From an uncultured Clostridia bacterium (GTDB taxonomy: Bacteria > Bacillota > Clostridia > TANB77 > CAG-508): a DNA stretch of 64,000 nucleotides. The stretch is from assembly GCA_944388705.1 (NCBI GenBank), contig CALXJU010000001.1:14674-78673 (forward strand), written 5' to 3'. A program made the translations under genes and the position numbers. Of the stretch, positions 61,482 to 64,000 are shown in pieces (the stretch's first letter is position 1; every line of letters starts with the position of its first letter). The notes under the pieces were generated by a model. That model made no database searches. It was not told the origin of the DNA and was given only the letters and a program-made list of their open reading frames with translations.

Positions 61482-63719
61482 ATGAAATTTGAAGAATGGA
61501 AAGACTTTGAACCAGGAGACTGGCAAAGAGAAATAAATGTTAGAGATTTTATACAGAGAAACTATACACCATATGAAGGTGATTCAAGTTTCCTAAAAGG
61601 GACAACAGAAAAAACAAAAAAATTATGGAACGAAGTATTAGAATTATATAAAAAAGAGCATGAAGCAGAAGGTGGAGTACTAGATATAGATACAAAAACA
61701 ATATCAACAGTATCAAGTCATGAAGCTGGATATATAGATAAAGATTTAGAAGAAATAGTAGGTTTACAAACAGATAAGCCATTAAAAAGAGCAATAATGC
61801 CATATGGAGGAATAAAAATAGTAGAAAAATCTTGTGAAGCATATGGTAGAAAAGTAGACCCAGAAGTTGATTATATTTTTAATAATATAAGAAAAACACA
61901 TAATGATGGAGTATTTAGTGTGTATACACCAGATATAAGAGCAGCAAGAAGTTCACACTTAATAACCGGATTACCAGATGGATATGGAAGAGGAAGAATA
62001 ATTGGAGATTATAGAAGAGTAGCATTATATGGAGTAGATGCATTAATCGAAGAAAAACAACAGGAATTAGACATTTTAAATGTAGATGACTTTACAGAAA
62101 ATGTAATAAGAGAAAGAGAAGAAATATTTGAACAAATAAAAGCATTAAAAGAATTAAAAGTAATGGCACAAAAGTATGGATTTGATATTTCAAAACCAGC
62201 TAAAAATGCAAAAGAAGCAGTTCAATGGCTATATTTTGGATATTTAGGAGCAGTAAAAGACCAAAATGGAGCCGCAATGAGTATAGGAAGAACATCAACA
62301 TTTTTAGACATATATTTTGAAAGAGATATGAAAAATGGAACATTAACAGAAGAACAAGTACAAGAAATAATGGACCATTTTGTAATGAAACTAAGACTTG
62401 TAAGATTTTTAAGAACACCAGAATATAATGAATTATTCAGTGGAGACCCTGTATGGGTAACTGAAAGTATTGGTGGAATGGGAATAGATGGCAGAACATT
62501 AGTAACTAAAAACTCATTTAGAATATTACACACATTAGAGAATTTAGGACCAGCACCAGAACCAAATTTAACAGTATTATGGTCAACAAGATTACCAGAA
62601 GGTTTCAAAAAATATACAGCAGATTTATCAATAAAAACATCATCAATACAATATGAAAATGATGATGTAATGAGAGTAACATTAGGAGATGATTATGGAA
62701 TAGCATGTTGTGTATCACCAATGAAAATTGGAAAACAAATGCAGTTCTTTGGTGCAAGAGCAAATTTAGCAAAAACATTATTATATGCAATAAATGGTGG
62801 AAGAGACGAAATGACAGGAAAACAAGTAACACCTAGATTTGAACCAATTACAACAGAATATTTAAATTATGATGAAGTAATATTCAAATTTGACCAAATG
62901 ATGGATTATGTTGCAAAAATATATATAAAAGCATTAAATGCGATACATTATATGCATGATAAATATTCATATGAAGCAATAGAAATGGCATTACATGATA
63001 AAGATATAATAAGAACAATGGCATGTGGTATAGCAGGTTTATCAGTAGTAGCAGATTCATTATCAGCAATAAAATATGCAAAAGTAAAAGTAATAAGAAA
63101 TGAAGATGGACTAGCAGTAGATTATAAAATAGAAGGAGATTATCCTAAATTTGGAAATGATGACGAAAAAGTTGATGAGATTGCAACTCAAATCGCTGGA
63201 AAATTCTTAAATAAACTAAAAAGATATCCAACATATAGAGGAGCAAAACACACATTATCAATATTAACAATTACATCAAATGTTGTATATGGTAAAGCAA
63301 CAGGTAATACACCTGATGGAAGAAAAGCAGGAGAACCATTTGGACCAGGAGCAAATCCTTTACATGGTAGAGATACAAATGGAGCATTAGCAGTAATGAA
63401 TTCAATTGCAAAATTACCATTTGAAGACTCAGAAGATGGTATATCATATACATTTTCAATTACACCTGGAACATTAGGACAAGATGAAGAAACAAAAATT
63501 AATAATTTAGTAAATATGTTAGATGGATTTTTTGCACAAACAGGTCATCACATAAATGTAAATGTTTTTGATAGAGCATTATTAGAAGATGCTATGGAAC
63601 ATCCAGAAAAATATCCTCAACTTACAATAAGAGTATCAGGATATGCGGTTCACTTTACAAAATTAACAAGAGAACAACAATTAGATGTAATAAATAGAAC
63701 AATTCATGAAAAAATTTAG
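61482..63719 (+). CDS. pflB: formate C-acetyltransferase (pyruvate formate-lyase)
   Basis: 745 aa. Glycyl-radical motif RVSGYAVHF near the C-terminus; catalytic CC (GIACCVSP). Confidence 0.95.
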   Translation: MKFEEWKDFEPGDWQREINVRDFIQRNYTPYEGDSSFLKGTTEKTKKLWNEVLELYKKEHEAEGGVLDIDTKTISTVSSHEAGYIDKDLEEIVGLQTDKPLKRAIMPYGGIKIVEKSCEAYGRKVDPEVDYIFNNIRKTHNDGVFSVYTPDIRAARSSHLITGLPDGYGRGRIIGDYRRVALYGVDALIEEKQQELDILNVDDFTENVIREREEIFEQIKALKELKVMAQKYGFDISKPAKNAKEAVQWLYFGYLGAVKDQNGAAMSIGRTSTFLDIYFERDMKNGTLTEEQVQEIMDHFVMKLRLVRFLRTPEYNELFSGDPVWVTESIGGMGIDGRTLVTKNSFRILHTLENLGPAPEPNLTVLWSTRLPEGFKKYTADLSIKTSSIQYENDDVMRVTLGDDYGIACCVSPMKIGKQMQFFGARANLAKTLLYAINGGRDEMTGKQVTPRFEPITTEYLNYDEVIFKFDQMMDYVAKIYIKALNAIHYMHDKYSYEAIEMALHDKDIIRTMACGIAGLSVVADSLSAIKYAKVKVIRNEDGLAVDYKIEGDYPKFGNDDEKVDEIATQIAGKFLNKLKRYPTYRGAKHTLSILTITSNVVYGKATGNTPDGRKAGEPFGPGANPLHGRDTNGALAVMNSIAKLPFEDSEDGISYTFSITPGTLGQDEETKINNLVNMLDGFFAQTGHHINVNVFDRALLEDAMEHPEKYPQLTIRVSGYAVHFTKLTREQQLDVINRTIHEKI

Positions 63720-63721
63720 GA

Positions 63722-63767
63722 AAAAATGGGGACGGTTCTCTTTTTGTCCAAAGGGAAAAAAGAGAAC
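63722..63767 (+). terminator. long hairpin (13-bp stem ggggacggttctc/gagaaccgtcccc) after pflB
   Basis: Perfect inverted repeat with an 18-nt loop. Confidence 0.55.
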
Positions 63768-63857
63768 CGTCCCCAAATTGCCAAAAGGGAAAAAACGGGA
63801 CAGGTCCCAAATTACCCAAAAGGAAAAAAAGGGACAGACATAAAATGGGAGGATGTT

Positions 63858-64000
63858 ATGGAAAAAGATTTGAAATATTATGCGAAAGTGCATTCAGTAG
63901 AGAGTTTTGGGACAGTAGATGGACCTGGGATAAGATATGTGATTTTTTTACAAGGTTGTCGTCTACAATGTAAATATTGCCATAATAGAGACACTTGGGA
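63858..64000 (+). CDS. pflA: pyruvate formate-lyase activating enzyme (radical SAM), 5' portion; continues beyond the window
   Basis: MEKDLKYY...[28 protein letters not shown] carries the CxxxCxxC motif. RBS GGGAGG. Confidence 0.9.
   Translation, partial: MEKDLKYYAKVHSVESFGTVDGPGIRYVIFLQGCRLQCKYCHNRDTW

Overview
This is a very AT-rich stretch (roughly a quarter to a third GC by eye) of a low-GC Firmicutes/Clostridia-like chromosome, with dense, mostly plus-strand genes. From left to right:
- 1-4.7 kb: two GNAT acetyltransferases, a zinc-ribbon hypothetical, and a phage/ICE-like replication module (Xis-type HTH, replisome organizer, DnaC/IstB-like loader) followed by a hairpin- and iteron-rich intergenic region.
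- 4.8-21.8 kb: a defense island. It holds a Type I RM operon arranged hsdM, split hsdS, tyrosine recombinase, second hsdS, hsdR, with conserved direct repeats. Three small genes are coupled to hsdR. An uncharacterised three-gene cassette (ABC/AAA-type ATPase, DES-motif protein, Cys-rich protein) sits behind an inverted-repeat-gated promoter. There is a decayed SAM methyltransferase and a cytosine-5 methyltransferase split by a T7 homopolymer.
- 21.9-30.8 kb: housekeeping genes (MazG, PHP, phosphoesterases, DnaJ, SDR). There is also a Spo0A-type response regulator and a polytopic histidine kinase with a 15-codon Trp-rich peptide ORF between them.
- 30.9-37.2 kb: a candidate invertible promoter switch upstream of a pilin-like/BspA-LRR surface protein, then cadC-cadA and copZ-copA metal efflux.
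- 37.2-42.9 kb: a pyrimidine operon (pyrC, P-loop kinase, pyrF, pyrK, pyrD) with a divergent PyrE-like gene.
- 42.9-59 kb: tRNA-Arg(ACG) followed by an island-like segment. It contains a DinD/RhuM-like gene, two tiny tandem peptide genes (one resembling a holin-like type I toxin), zupT, and a membrane HtrA protease. Its centrepiece is a 2485-aa two-module NRPS (C-A-T-C-A-T-R) with a terminal reductase, consistent with a dipeptide-aldehyde/pyrazinone-type product. It ends with a PAS histidine kinase, an HD-GYP response regulator and a homopolymer-frameshifted integrase.
- 59-64 kb: tex, pflB and the start of pflA.

The most novel candidates are the NRPS island, the ATPase cassette, the hsdS/recombinase arrangement, the invertible-switch candidate and the peptide/kinase pair.
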